29,237 bases of DNA from an uncultured Actinomycetes bacterium (GTDB taxonomy: Bacteria > Actinomycetota > Acidimicrobiia > Acidimicrobiales > Microtrichaceae): assembly GCA_903941145.1 (NCBI GenBank), contig CAJANQ010000537.1, positions 1 through 29,237 on the forward strand, read 5' to 3'. Made by a program: the position numbers and the translations under genes. The notes under the pieces are model-generated. The model made no database searches. It was given only the letters and a program-made list of their open reading frames with translations, and had not been told where the DNA came from. Shown piece after piece: positions 1 to 8,490 of the stretch. Numbering within the stretch: the stretch's first letter is position 1; every line of letters begins with the position of its first letter.

Positions 1-1
1 A

Positions 2-316
2 CTGCTCCGAGTAGACGGTGAGCGTCAGCCCGGCCGCGACCGCCGGGGCGACCATGTCGGACGGAGCCTCGGACAGCACCAGCACCGGGGCGCCGATCCC
101 CGCCTCGCGGAGCTCGAGCCCTTCCTCGACCATGGCGACAGCGAGCCATTCGGCGCCGCCGTCGAGGGCGGCGCGGGCGACCGCCACCGCGCCGTGGCCG
201 TAGCCGTCGGCCTTGACGACCGCGCAGAGGCGCGCGCCCTTCGCCGCGGCAGCGAGCGCAGCAGCGTTGGCCGCGACGGCGGCAAGATCGACGTCGACGG
301 TCGACGGACGGCCCAT
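2..316 (-). CDS. alr: Alanine racemase, 5' part (runs off the window edge)
   Basis: Manual translation from ATG at 316: MGRPSTVDVDLAAVAANAAAL...LCAVVKADGYGHGAVAVARAAL...WLAVAMVEEGLELREAGIGAPVLVL. It contains the PLP-lysine motif AVVKADGYGHG. Not in the ORF track because it has no stop in the window. Confidence 0.95.
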   Translation of the reverse strand, partial: MGRPSTVDVDLAAVAANAAALAAAAKGARLCAVVKADGYGHGAVAVARAALDGGAEWLAVAMVEEGLELREAGIGAPVLVLSEAPSDMVAPAVAAGLTLTVYSEQ

Positions 317-325
317 GTGCGCAGG

Positions 326-1705
326 TTAGGCGGGGGCGTCGGTGCTGCCGGGGCCAGCGAGGTGCTCCCAGGCGTCCGGGAGCAGCTCGACGACGTCGGA
401 GGCCACCAGGCCGCGGGCCGGTCCGAGCAGCGCTGCGGTGCCGTGCAGGTGGGCGCCGGACGCCGCGGCGCGGAGCGGCGGAGCACCCAGCGCGAGCAGC
501 GCTGCGACCGTGCCCGAGAGCACGTCGCCAGTGCCGGCGGTCGCCAGCCGCTGGTCACCTGCGTGGACGAGCAGTGCTGCGCCGTCAGGGTCGGCGACCA
601 CCGTGGTCGGGCCCTTGAGCAGCACGGTGCACCCGGTGCGGACGGCAAGGTCACGGACTGCAGCCAGGCGGTCGTCGCCAGGCGGCGCGCCGGCAACGGT
701 CTCGAACTCGGCGTCGTGCGGGGTGAGCACCGTCGGTGCCGACCGGGCGGAGAGCACCGCGGCAGGGTCGTCGCCCAGCAGACGGAGGCCGTCGCCGTCG
801 AGGACGAGCGGCAGGTCCGCCCGGGCAACGAGCGTCTGAACGAGTGTCGCCGCCTCCGTGGTGCGGCCCAGGCCAGGTCCCACGACCAGCGCGGCGAAGC
901 GCGACAGCGCGTCCAGCACGGCCAAGTGGTCGTCCACCGCGGCGCGGTGCTCGACGACCTCGACCGGGACACAGGGTGTGGGTGCTTCGGCGCCGGGCAC
1001 GGTCAGACGGACGTAGCCCGCACCGGCACGGAACGCGGCGGCAGCTGCAAGTGCGGCTGCGCCCGTCATGCCGGGCGAGCCGGCCACGACGGCGACGGCG
1101 TGACGCCACTTGTGGGCGTCCGACGCACGGTCCGGCACCCACGCGACGACGTCGGCGTCCTCGACCAGGTGCGCCGTCGCGCCCGCGACGTCCAGGCCGA
1201 TGTCGGCCAGCTGGACCACGCCGGAGTACGCCGGACCCTCACCGAGCAGCAGCCCCGGCTTGAGGGCGGCGAAGGTGACCGTGGCCAGGGCGTGGGTCGG
1301 CTGGCCGCTCACCCTGCCGGTCAGTCCCGAGACCCCGGACGGGACGTCGACGGCCAGCACGGGCGCACCGTCGGGGTCGGGGAACCGGTACTCGCCCCGG
1401 AACCCGGTGCCGAAGGCGGCGTCCACGACCAGGTCGCACGGCGGCAGCACCGCCGGGGCGTCGGCCGCGTCGACCACCGTGCACCGCACGCCGCGACGCT
1501 CGAGCAGCTGCGCCGCGACCCGGCCGTCGTTGCCGTTGTTGCCCGGACCGACCACCACCACGACCCGGCGGCCATAGGTGCCGCCCAGCAAGTCCACGAC
1601 GGCGCGGGCGACCGCGGCCGCAGCCCGGAGCACGAGCTCCTCGACCGGCTCGGGCGCCGTTCGGTCGACCTCGGCCATCTCCGCCGGGGTGAGCACCGGA
1701 ATCAT
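326..1705 (-). CDS. nnr: Bifunctional NAD(P)H-hydrate epimerase/dehydratase (YjeF/Nnr)
   Basis: 459 aa. YjeF_N motifs GPGNNGNDG, VVDAAFGTG, AVDVPSG and TVTF. Carbohydrate-kinase-like C-half motifs PGMTGAAAL, GPGLG, LVLDGDG, LTPHDAEF, LLKG and LATAGTGDVLSG. Usual position upstream of alr. Confidence 0.95.
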   Translation of the reverse strand: MIPVLTPAEMAEVDRTAPEPVEELVLRAAAAVARAVVDLLGGTYGRRVVVVVGPGNNGNDGRVAAQLLERRGVRCTVVDAADAPAVLPPCDLVVDAAFGTGFRGEYRFPDPDGAPVLAVDVPSGVSGLTGRVSGQPTHALATVTFAALKPGLLLGEGPAYSGVVQLADIGLDVAGATAHLVEDADVVAWVPDRASDAHKWRHAVAVVAGSPGMTGAAALAAAAAFRAGAGYVRLTVPGAEAPTPCVPVEVVEHRAAVDDHLAVLDALSRFAALVVGPGLGRTTEAATLVQTLVARADLPLVLDGDGLRLLGDDPAAVLSARSAPTVLTPHDAEFETVAGAPPGDDRLAAVRDLAVRTGCTVLLKGPTTVVADPDGAALLVHAGDQRLATAGTGDVLSGTVAALLALGAPPLRAAASGAHLHGTAALLGPARGLVASDVVELLPDAWEHLAGPGSTDAPA

Positions 1706-1769
1706 GGGCGCAGTCTCGCAGAGGTGGCCGACAGCTGCCCCTGGGGGACCGAAACAGAGCGTTCACACT

Positions 1770-1792
1770 CCTGTCGCTGGAGCGACCACAGG
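1770..1792. promoter_or_regulatory. Imperfect dyad between the divergent nnr and antiporter starts
   Basis: CCTGTCGCTGGAGCGACCACAGG: outer CCTGT/ACAGG arms and inner GTCGCT/AGCGAC arms, in the 107-nt divergent intergenic region. Confidence 0.3.
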
Positions 1793-1812
1793 GACCCGTA
1801 CGGTCCCCGCCG

Positions 1813-4476
1813 ATGGAGACTCACGGGCTGGTCGACATCCTGATCATCATCCTGGCGGCCAAGCTCGGGGGCGAGCTGGCCGAGCGGTTGCGCGTCCCGT
1901 CGGTCATCGGCGAGATCGTGGCCGGCCTGGTCGTCGGACCCTCCCTCCTCGGCATCGTCGAGCCGAACGAGCTGCTCACGGTGCTCGCAGAGGTCGGCGT
2001 CATCATGCTGCTGCTGCAGGTCGGCCTGGAGATGGACCTGGGCGAGATGCGCCGGGTCGGGGCCTCGGCCATGTCGGTGGCGATCGCCGGGATCGTCGTG
2101 CCCTTCGCGTCCGGGTACGGCGTGGCGCTCGCGCTCGGCCAACCTTCCCGCACCGCGATGTTCATCGGCGCGGCACTGACCGCGACGTCGGTCGGCATCA
2201 CCGCCCGGGCCTTCGGCGACCTGCGGATGCTGGCGTCCAAAGAGTCCCGGATCGTGCTCGGCGCTGCGGTGGCCGACGACGTCCTCGGTCTGGTGATCCT
2301 GACGGTCGTCGTCAGGATCGTGGAGAAGGGGACCTTCAGCCTGTCGGGCGCCCTCACCGTCCTGGGCACGGCGCTCGTGTTCCTGGTCGGGACCACGGCG
2401 GTCAGCCTCAAGGTCGTCCCACCGCTGTTCCGGTGGATCCGCCGCAGCTCGATCGGTGCCGGGACCTTGCTGGTGGCTGCCCTGGTGCTCACCCTGGCGC
2501 TCGCCGAGCTCGCCATCGCGGCCCAGCTGGCACCGATCATCGGGGCATTCGTCGCCGGGCTGGCGCTCGGTACCACGAAGGAGGCGGAGCGGATCGAGCG
2601 CGACCTCACACCACTCAGCCACTTCTTCATCCCCATCTTCTTCGCCGTCGTCGGCATCCAGATCGACGTGGCGGCGCTCCTGCGCCCGGCGGTCCTGGGC
2701 CTGGCCGCCGCGCTGATCGTGGTGGCGTTCGTCGGCAAGCTCGTTGCCGGCCTGTTCGCCGGCCGCGGCGGCGTCGACCGGCTGATGGTGGGCATCGGGA
2801 TGATCCCCCGCGGCGAGGTCGGGCTGATCTTCGCCTCGATCGGCCTGGCCAACGGGGTGCTCGGCAAGGACCTGTACGGGGCGCTGCTGCTGGTCGTGCT
2901 GGTGACCACCGTGGCGACACCGGGCCTGATCCGGGCCCGACGGACCGTCACACTCAAGCGGCAGCGGGCTGCCGTCGGCAACGAGGCGCCCACGGACGGC
3001 TGGCTAGGTCAGGTCGACGGCCTCGTGGTGCTCCACGGTCGGCCACCGGCCGAACAGACGCTCGCCGTGGCGATCGAGGCGGCCACGCTGGCCGGGAGCA
3101 CGCCTCCGTCGGACCATCTCGTCGACTGGCTGAGCGAGGAGGCCGACGGGGACCTGAGCTGGAACGACGACGCCAGGGCCGCCTTCGACGAGCTGCTCCG
3201 GAGCGGCCACCGTCGTTCGTGGCGGCTGCTCGACGCCACCGGGATGCTCGCCGGTGCCCTTCCCGACCTGGCCGACGAGCTCGCCCACCGCCGACGCGAC
3301 ACCTCGCTGCTCGACCCGGCCCACCTGCTGCGTTGGCCGACGGTCGAGGAGCTCGCGGCGCTCGAGCACGGTGACGACCGCGAGGCGACCACCGCCTTCG
3401 GCCTGCTCTCGACCGCCTCGATCCTCCGTCTGGCTGCGCTGGCGGTGGACCTGTCCGGGGAGCACGACGACGTCACGATCACTGCGGGCGACCTGGGCAA
3501 GGACCTCGGTCTGGACGCCGCGGATGTGGCCGAGCTCGTGGCGACCGCCTCCGACGCCGGTCTGCTCCGGGCCACCGCGTCACACCTTGCGGAGGTGCCG
3601 CTCGGTCCGGGTGCCGACCTGGTCGCCCACGTCGGGTCCCTCGAACGTGCCCGACGCCTCTACCTGCTCGACCTGGCACTCGGGGACCTGGCCCCGCTCC
3701 ACAGGGAGACGTTCGACCACGTCACCGGACTGCTCGTCGACGAGCTGGCCCGCCGCGGCGTCAACGACACCGCCGGTGCCGACGAGATCGACCGGCGCCG
3801 CCGGCAGGCGCTCGAGCTCTCGGACGACCCGCGGGTCTCGGCACGGATCGGCAAGGCTCCGAGGTCGCTCGTCGCCTCGCTCGAACCGGCGCAGCTCGTG
3901 ACCGACGTGGCGCTGCTGGCCGAGGGTGTCCCGGCCCCCGGTATGTACCGCGTCGGGGTGCAGCCCGACGGCGACCGCTGGCGGGTGGCCGTCGCAGGTG
4001 GCGACCAGCCCGGGCTGCTGGCGCGTGTTGCCGCTGCGCTCGGTGACGCCGGGCTCCCGGTGGAGCAGGCCACCGTCGCCAGCTTCAGCGACCGGGCCGT
4101 GCTCGACGTCTTCTGGGTCACCGGCACCTCGGCCCCGGACCCCGACCTGCTCGCCGAAGGCATCCTGAACGCGTTCCGGTCGCCGCAGCCCACCGACAAC
4201 GTCCAGGGCATCGGGGTCACCCTCGACAACGACGCCTCCCCGTGGTTCACCGTGTGCACCGTGACCGGGGAGGACCGGGACGGTCTCCTGGCCGACCTGG
4301 CGGCTGCCATCTCGGCGGACGGCGTCGTCGTCCACGGCGCCCGCCTGACGACCAAGGACGGCACGTTCGTGGACCGGTTCGACCTGTCCGACAGGAGGGG
4401 GCGCAAGCTCGACGCTGCCGCCCAGCACAAGGTGGCGGCCCGGCTGGGCGTCACGACCGCCGCCGACGCCTCCTAG
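1813..4476 (+). CDS. CPA2/NapA-type cation:proton antiporter fused to a GlnD-like C-terminal region (degenerate HD plus two ACT domains)
   Basis: 887 aa. About aa 1-380 is a multi-pass hydrophobic domain with ALTATSVGIT, AAVADDVLGL (DD motif), VGKLVAG and GMIPRGEVGLI. The C-terminal part has ACT-like GDQPGLLARVAAAL...VLDVFWV and DNDASPWFTVCTVTGEDRDGLLADLAAAI...FVDRFDL. Confidence 0.85.
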   Translation: METHGLVDILIIILAAKLGGELAERLRVPSVIGEIVAGLVVGPSLLGIVEPNELLTVLAEVGVIMLLLQVGLEMDLGEMRRVGASAMSVAIAGIVVPFASGYGVALALGQPSRTAMFIGAALTATSVGITARAFGDLRMLASKESRIVLGAAVADDVLGLVILTVVVRIVEKGTFSLSGALTVLGTALVFLVGTTAVSLKVVPPLFRWIRRSSIGAGTLLVAALVLTLALAELAIAAQLAPIIGAFVAGLALGTTKEAERIERDLTPLSHFFIPIFFAVVGIQIDVAALLRPAVLGLAAALIVVAFVGKLVAGLFAGRGGVDRLMVGIGMIPRGEVGLIFASIGLANGVLGKDLYGALLLVVLVTTVATPGLIRARRTVTLKRQRAAVGNEAPTDGWLGQVDGLVVLHGRPPAEQTLAVAIEAATLAGSTPPSDHLVDWLSEEADGDLSWNDDARAAFDELLRSGHRRSWRLLDATGMLAGALPDLADELAHRRRDTSLLDPAHLLRWPTVEELAALEHGDDREATTAFGLLSTASILRLAALAVDLSGEHDDVTITAGDLGKDLGLDAADVAELVATASDAGLLRATASHLAEVPLGPGADLVAHVGSLERARRLYLLDLALGDLAPLHRETFDHVTGLLVDELARRGVNDTAGADEIDRRRRQALELSDDPRVSARIGKAPRSLVASLEPAQLVTDVALLAEGVPAPGMYRVGVQPDGDRWRVAVAGGDQPGLLARVAAALGDAGLPVEQATVASFSDRAVLDVFWVTGTSAPDPDLLAEGILNAFRSPQPTDNVQGIGVTLDNDASPWFTVCTVTGEDRDGLLADLAAAISADGVVVHGARLTTKDGTFVDRFDLSDRRGRKLDAAAQHKVAARLGVTTAADAS

Positions 4477-4482
4477 TTGCGG

Positions 4483-4875
4483 TCAGCTGCGCTCGGCGAC
4501 CACGACGGCGCTCGCCATCGCGTCGGTGTGGCTGAGCGAGATGTGCCAGTGCGACACCCCTAGCTCCTCGGCGCGCAGCTGCGCCCGGCCCGAGACGATC
4601 AGCGTCGGGTGGCCGTCGTCGGCCCGCACGACGCCGATCTCGTCGAACCGGACCGAGGTGAAGCCCACGCCCAGCGCCTTCATCGCGGCCTCCTTGGCCG
4701 CGAACCGCGCGGCGAGGACCGGCACCGGGTCCCGGTGGCGCAACGCGTAGTCGCGCTCAGAGCCGGTGAACAGCCGAGCCGCCAGACCGGGCTGGCGGTC
4801 GAGCGCGGCGCGCAGGCGCTCCACATCGACGAGGTCCGTGCCCACGCCGACGACGCTGGTAGGTGCCAGCGTCAT
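4483..4875 (-). CDS. acpS: Holo-[acyl-carrier-protein] synthase
   Basis: 130 aa with [27 protein letters not shown] and ISLSH motifs. Its start overlaps the glmS stop (ATGA). Confidence 0.95.
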   Translation of the reverse strand: MTLAPTSVVGVGTDLVDVERLRAALDRQPGLAARLFTGSERDYALRHRDPVPVLAARFAAKEAAMKALGVGFTSVRFDEIGVVRADDGHPTLIVSGRAQLRAEELGVSHWHISLSHTDAMASAVVVAERS

Positions 4876-7800
4876 GAACGCCAGCGGTCTGCGAGGTCGA
4901 GGATCGGCACGGTGAGCAGGTCGGCCACCGACTGCGACGCCAGCAGGTCGTCGCGGAAGACGTCCTCGGTCTCGGTCACGGCGTCCTTCAGGGCCTGGTA
5001 GCGCCGTCGGTAGCCCTGCAGCACGGCACGGGCCGTGGCGGCCGGGAGGTGCTCCGGCAGGTTCACGTGCAGCAGGACCAGACCGGTGGTCACACCGTCC
5101 TTGGCCTCGGGCACGATCACGACCAGGCGACCGTCGCTGCGGCCAACCGCCACCATGAGCTCCTGCTCACGGGCGACGAGCGCCTTGGTGCCGCGCAGAC
5201 GGGCGTCACGATCGATCCGCGACGACATGCCGGCGGCCACGCCGCCACGGTCGAGCACGACCAGCGTGGCCCGCTCGAGGTCCTCGCCGTGCTCCACCCC
5301 GTACCGGGTGTGGCCGACGACCTCGACCACGGCCGGGTCGAGCTCGCCGAGCGTGCGGAGCGTTGAGTAGGCGAGCCGGTCGCGGGGCGCGCCGGCGGCC
5401 AGCACGGCCGCCACGAACGGCACCTGCAACAGCGACTCGTCGCTGCGGCTGATGCCGACCGTGACCGTCTTGGCCTGGTGCTTGATGGCGTCGACCGGAC
5501 GGGTCAGCTCCTCGATCGCCGCAGTGAGGGCTGCGGTCGTGTCCTCGAGGACCACGCCGGGCGTGCCGACCTTGCCGAACTCGATCTGGTAGGCGTCGAG
5601 CGGGCTGATGCCCACGACGTAGCGGAGCTGACCGGCGAGCCGCACGGCGGTCTGCGCCTCGAGGTGGCCGTTCATCTCGCCCGAGCGCAGTCCGTCGAAG
5701 TAGGTGCCGGCGTGCTCGGTGAGCACGGGACGCAGTTCGGCGAGCAGCCGACCGGGGTCGATCTCGGAGGCGTCTGCCCCGACGCTGGCCGCGGCCTGGT
5801 CCAGGGCGGCACGGGCCTCGCGCAGGGGGCGGGCCAGGGCGTCGATGGCGAGTGCCGCCTCGTAGCCGAACAGGTGCCCGGCCATGGTGGCCAGGATGAA
5901 GGCCAGGCGCGGGTCGGTCGACGGGACCGTGATCACCGACATCGCCGCTGGAAAGGCCCGGTCGCCCTCGGACGCGATGACGACCGGCGCCGCCTTGTGG
6001 GCCCGGAAGATCGCGACCTCCTTGGCCACGTCGTCGGCGGTCGAGCCGACCAGGCCGGCGGCACACACCAGGATGAACGGCTCGGAGGACAGGTCGATGT
6101 GCTTCTTGTCCTCGGTGGCGTCACAGGCGATCGACTTGTAGCAGAGCTCGCTGAGCTTGATCCGCAGCTCGCGGGCCGTGATCTGGTTCACGCCGTTGCC
6201 CACGATCGCCCAGTAGCGGCGCGAGGGGCACAGGGTCCGGGCGGCGTCGGCCACGGCGTCGCGGGTGAGGAGCGTCTCCTCCATCCGGGACGGGAGGTCG
6301 CGCAGCGCCCGCAGAAGCTCCTGCTGGGAGGCGTCCGCGCTCGAGCGGCCGCGGGGCACCTCGTCGGCCACGGCCTGGGCCAGCAGCAGGCCGGCCGCCA
6401 CCTGGGCGTAGAAGGCCTTGGTCGACGCGACGCTCATCTCCACGTCGCGGCCGTCGGACGTGTAGAGCACACCGTCGGCCTTGTCGGTCAGGTCGCTGTT
6501 GCGGCGGTTGACGATGGCCACGCAGAGCGCCCCACGGCCGCGCACTAGGTCGACGGTCCGGTTGGTGTCGGTGGTCGTACCGGACTGGCTGATGGCGATG
6601 ATGAGCGTGTCCGACATGTCGGCACGCAGGCGGAAGCCCGAGAGTTCGGTGGCGGGGAGCGCCTCGACCCGGACGTCGGTCTCGGCAAGGAGCTCGGACA
6701 GGTGGTGGGCCAGGCTCTGGCCGGCAATGGCCGCGGTGCCCTGGCCGATGACCTGCACCCGGTCGATCCGGCCGTCGCGCAGGCGCTCGCGCACCGACTG
6801 CGGCAGCGTGCTGTCCGGCAGCTCGACGTGCATCGTGCCGTCGGACTCGAGCAGCTTGCCGCGGAGCGTCTTGCGGAACGACCCCGGAGAGTCCGTGATC
6901 TCTTTGAGCAGGTAGTGCGGGTAGTCGCCACGGTCGATGTCGCGCGTGGTGATCTGGGCGACGTCGAGGTCGCCACCGGTCACGGGCAGCTTGGTGCCGT
7001 CGTAGGACCAGCGGCCGATGCCCTCGACCGAGCCGGCCTTCGTGGTGTCGAGCACCACGATCTGGCCGCGGCTACCGGTGGGGTTGTCGGGATCGGACGG
7101 GGTCTCGCCGTCCATCCGCAGGAAGTCGGCGGTCTCCTCGACCACCCCGTAGGGCTCCGAGGCGATGATGAACGCGTCCTCGGCCACGCCCACGTAGAGC
7201 GCCTGGCCGCTGCCGCGCAGGGCCAGCATGAGCTGCTCCGGGTCCGCGGCGCTCGCTGCAGCGATGGCCACCGAGCCCTCGAGGCGGACCACGGTCTCGC
7301 GGAACGCCTCGTGCACCGGCAGGCCCTCGGCGAGCTGCCGGGACAGCAGGGTCGGGATGACCTTGGCGTCGGTGGTGATCTCGGTGGCGATCTTGAGCCC
7401 GTCCGACGCGATCAGGTCGGCGTAGTTGTCGACGTCGCCGTTGAGCACCGCGGTAGCGAGCGGCACGCCCGAGCCGTCGAGCTCCTCGGAGGACTGCGGG
7501 TGGGCGTTGGGCTCGGAGATGATGCCGATCGACGCCCAGCGGGTGTGGCCCAGGACCAGACCCTCGACGTCGTCGGAACGGAGCGCCAGGTGCAGGAGCT
7601 CGTCGTCGGCCATCGCGGCGCGCAGCGCGGCGGTGTTGTCGCCGAGCTCGCCGATCTCGGCAGAGGTCTTGTAGACGAGCAGCAGCACGCCGTCGACCAG
7701 CCGGACCGAGCCAGAGGTGAACGAGCGGTGGTTCCGCTCGGCGAGCGCCCGGCGCAGGATCGGGTCGTCGGCAGAGATCCCATGACCGGTGAGCTGGACC

Positions 7801-8324
7801 TCGATGCCGGCGGAGTCGCGTCCACGGACCTCGAGCCGGTCGACCGCCGAGAGCGCCTGGTGGAGGCTGAAGAGCACGGCGAGGCCAGAGGGGCCTGCTC
7901 CGGACGGGGTCATCGCCGCGACCTCGTTGGCGGCACGGACGCGGTCGCGGCCGATGGCCCAGACGGCGTCCTTCACACGGATGAGCGAGGCGTTGACGGC
8001 CTCGAGGTCCGGGCCGCTGAGCCCGGAGTCGCCGGCGTCCAGGGCGGCCTCGACCTGCTCCGCGGTGGTCGCCACCTCGGCGACCTGCGCGGCGACGCGG
8101 CCGACCGCAGCAGGGTCCGCAGTGAGCGTGAGGATGCCAGGGATGCCCCGGAGGTCGCCGTCGACGCCCTCGAGCAGGTCGGCGGCAGCGGCCAGCTGCT
8201 CGGCCCAGGCCGACGCGACGTCGGCGAGCAGCCCGTCGGCGACCACGAGCCGCGACAGGACCTCGTCGACGTGGACCGGCTCACGCGTCGTCCGACGACG
8301 CACTACGGCGATGATGCCGCACAT
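4872..8324 (-). CDS. glmS: Atypically large glutamine--fructose-6-phosphate transaminase (GlmS-like, 1150 aa)
   Basis: Start trimmed to ATG 8324 giving MCGII (Ntn Cys1). Also [55 protein letters not shown] and [10 protein letters not shown]. Sits directly downstream of glmM. Confidence 0.88.
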   Translation of the reverse strand: MCGIIAVVRRRTTREPVHVDEVLSRLVVADGLLADVASAWAEQLAAAADLLEGVDGDLRGIPGILTLTADPAAVGRVAAQVAEVATTAEQVEAALDAGDSGLSGPDLEAVNASLIRVKDAVWAIGRDRVRAANEVAAMTPSGAGPSGLAVLFSLHQALSAVDRLEVRGRDSAGIEVQLTGHGISADDPILRRALAERNHRSFTSGSVRLVDGVLLLVYKTSAEIGELGDNTAALRAAMADDELLHLALRSDDVEGLVLGHTRWASIGIISEPNAHPQSSEELDGSGVPLATAVLNGDVDNYADLIASDGLKIATEITTDAKVIPTLLSRQLAEGLPVHEAFRETVVRLEGSVAIAAASAADPEQLMLALRGSGQALYVGVAEDAFIIASEPYGVVEETADFLRMDGETPSDPDNPTGSRGQIVVLDTTKAGSVEGIGRWSYDGTKLPVTGGDLDVAQITTRDIDRGDYPHYLLKEITDSPGSFRKTLRGKLLESDGTMHVELPDSTLPQSVRERLRDGRIDRVQVIGQGTAAIAGQSLAHHLSELLAETDVRVEALPATELSGFRLRADMSDTLIIAISQSGTTTDTNRTVDLVRGRGALCVAIVNRRNSDLTDKADGVLYTSDGRDVEMSVASTKAFYAQVAAGLLLAQAVADEVPRGRSSADASQQELLRALRDLPSRMEETLLTRDAVADAARTLCPSRRYWAIVGNGVNQITARELRIKLSELCYKSIACDATEDKKHIDLSSEPFILVCAAGLVGSTADDVAKEVAIFRAHKAAPVVIASEGDRAFPAAMSVITVPSTDPRLAFILATMAGHLFGYEAALAIDALARPLREARAALDQAAASVGADASEIDPGRLLAELRPVLTEHAGTYFDGLRSGEMNGHLEAQTAVRLAGQLRYVVGISPLDAYQIEFGKVGTPGVVLEDTTAALTAAIEELTRPVDAIKHQAKTVTVGISRSDESLLQVPFVAAVLAAGAPRDRLAYSTLRTLGELDPAVVEVVGHTRYGVEHGEDLERATLVVLDRGGVAAGMSSRIDRDARLRGTKALVAREQELMVAVGRSDGRLVVIVPEAKDGVTTGLVLLHVNLPEHLPAATARAVLQGYRRRYQALKDAVTETEDVFRDDLLASQSVADLLTVPILDLADRWRS

Positions 8325-8490
8325 AGAACTCACCCTCTGTTGTTGGGAAACGGCCCTCAGGCCGTGGCTGCATCTGCCGGGACCCTCACCGCCCCCGGGA
8401 TGCAAAAAGCCTACCGGGGAGGTTCCAGAACCCGACCGGCTGCCACAGGGTCCACCGGTGGGTGGATCTCCCTGCTCCTGATCATGTGGC
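8325..8490 (-). ncRNA. Candidate structured cis-regulatory leader of glmS (four hairpins)
   Basis: Minus-strand stems: CAGGG-AGA-TCCACC/GGTGGA-CCCTG (8446-8474); GCCGG..GGTT/AACC..CCGGT (8413-8440) followed by AGGCTTTTT; TGCATC-CCGGG/CCCGG-CA-GATGCA (8369-8404); ACGGCC/GGCCGT (8350-8365). Found by manual pairing only. Confidence 0.45.

Noticed and set aside
194-1843. 549-aa plus-strand ORF, and similar long ORFs at 1578-3374, 5478-6548, 6702-8576 and 8462-9841
   Set aside because: Antisense or off-frame shadows of well-supported genes, with Arg/Gly/Ala/Pro-rich translations and no motifs. Stop codons are scarce at this GC level.
8325-8405. 27-aa N-terminal extension of GlmS in the ORF track
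   Set aside because: Ntn amidotransferases need Cys at the mature N-terminus, and an SD-like GAGGGTGAG precedes ATG 8324.
8325-8490. Canonical glmS ribozyme
   Set aside because: The invariant AGCGCC cleavage-site segment and GACGAGG core are absent on the sense strand. Partial resemblances to c-di-AMP (CCCGGUAGGC) and ZTP riboswitches lacked the other required elements.
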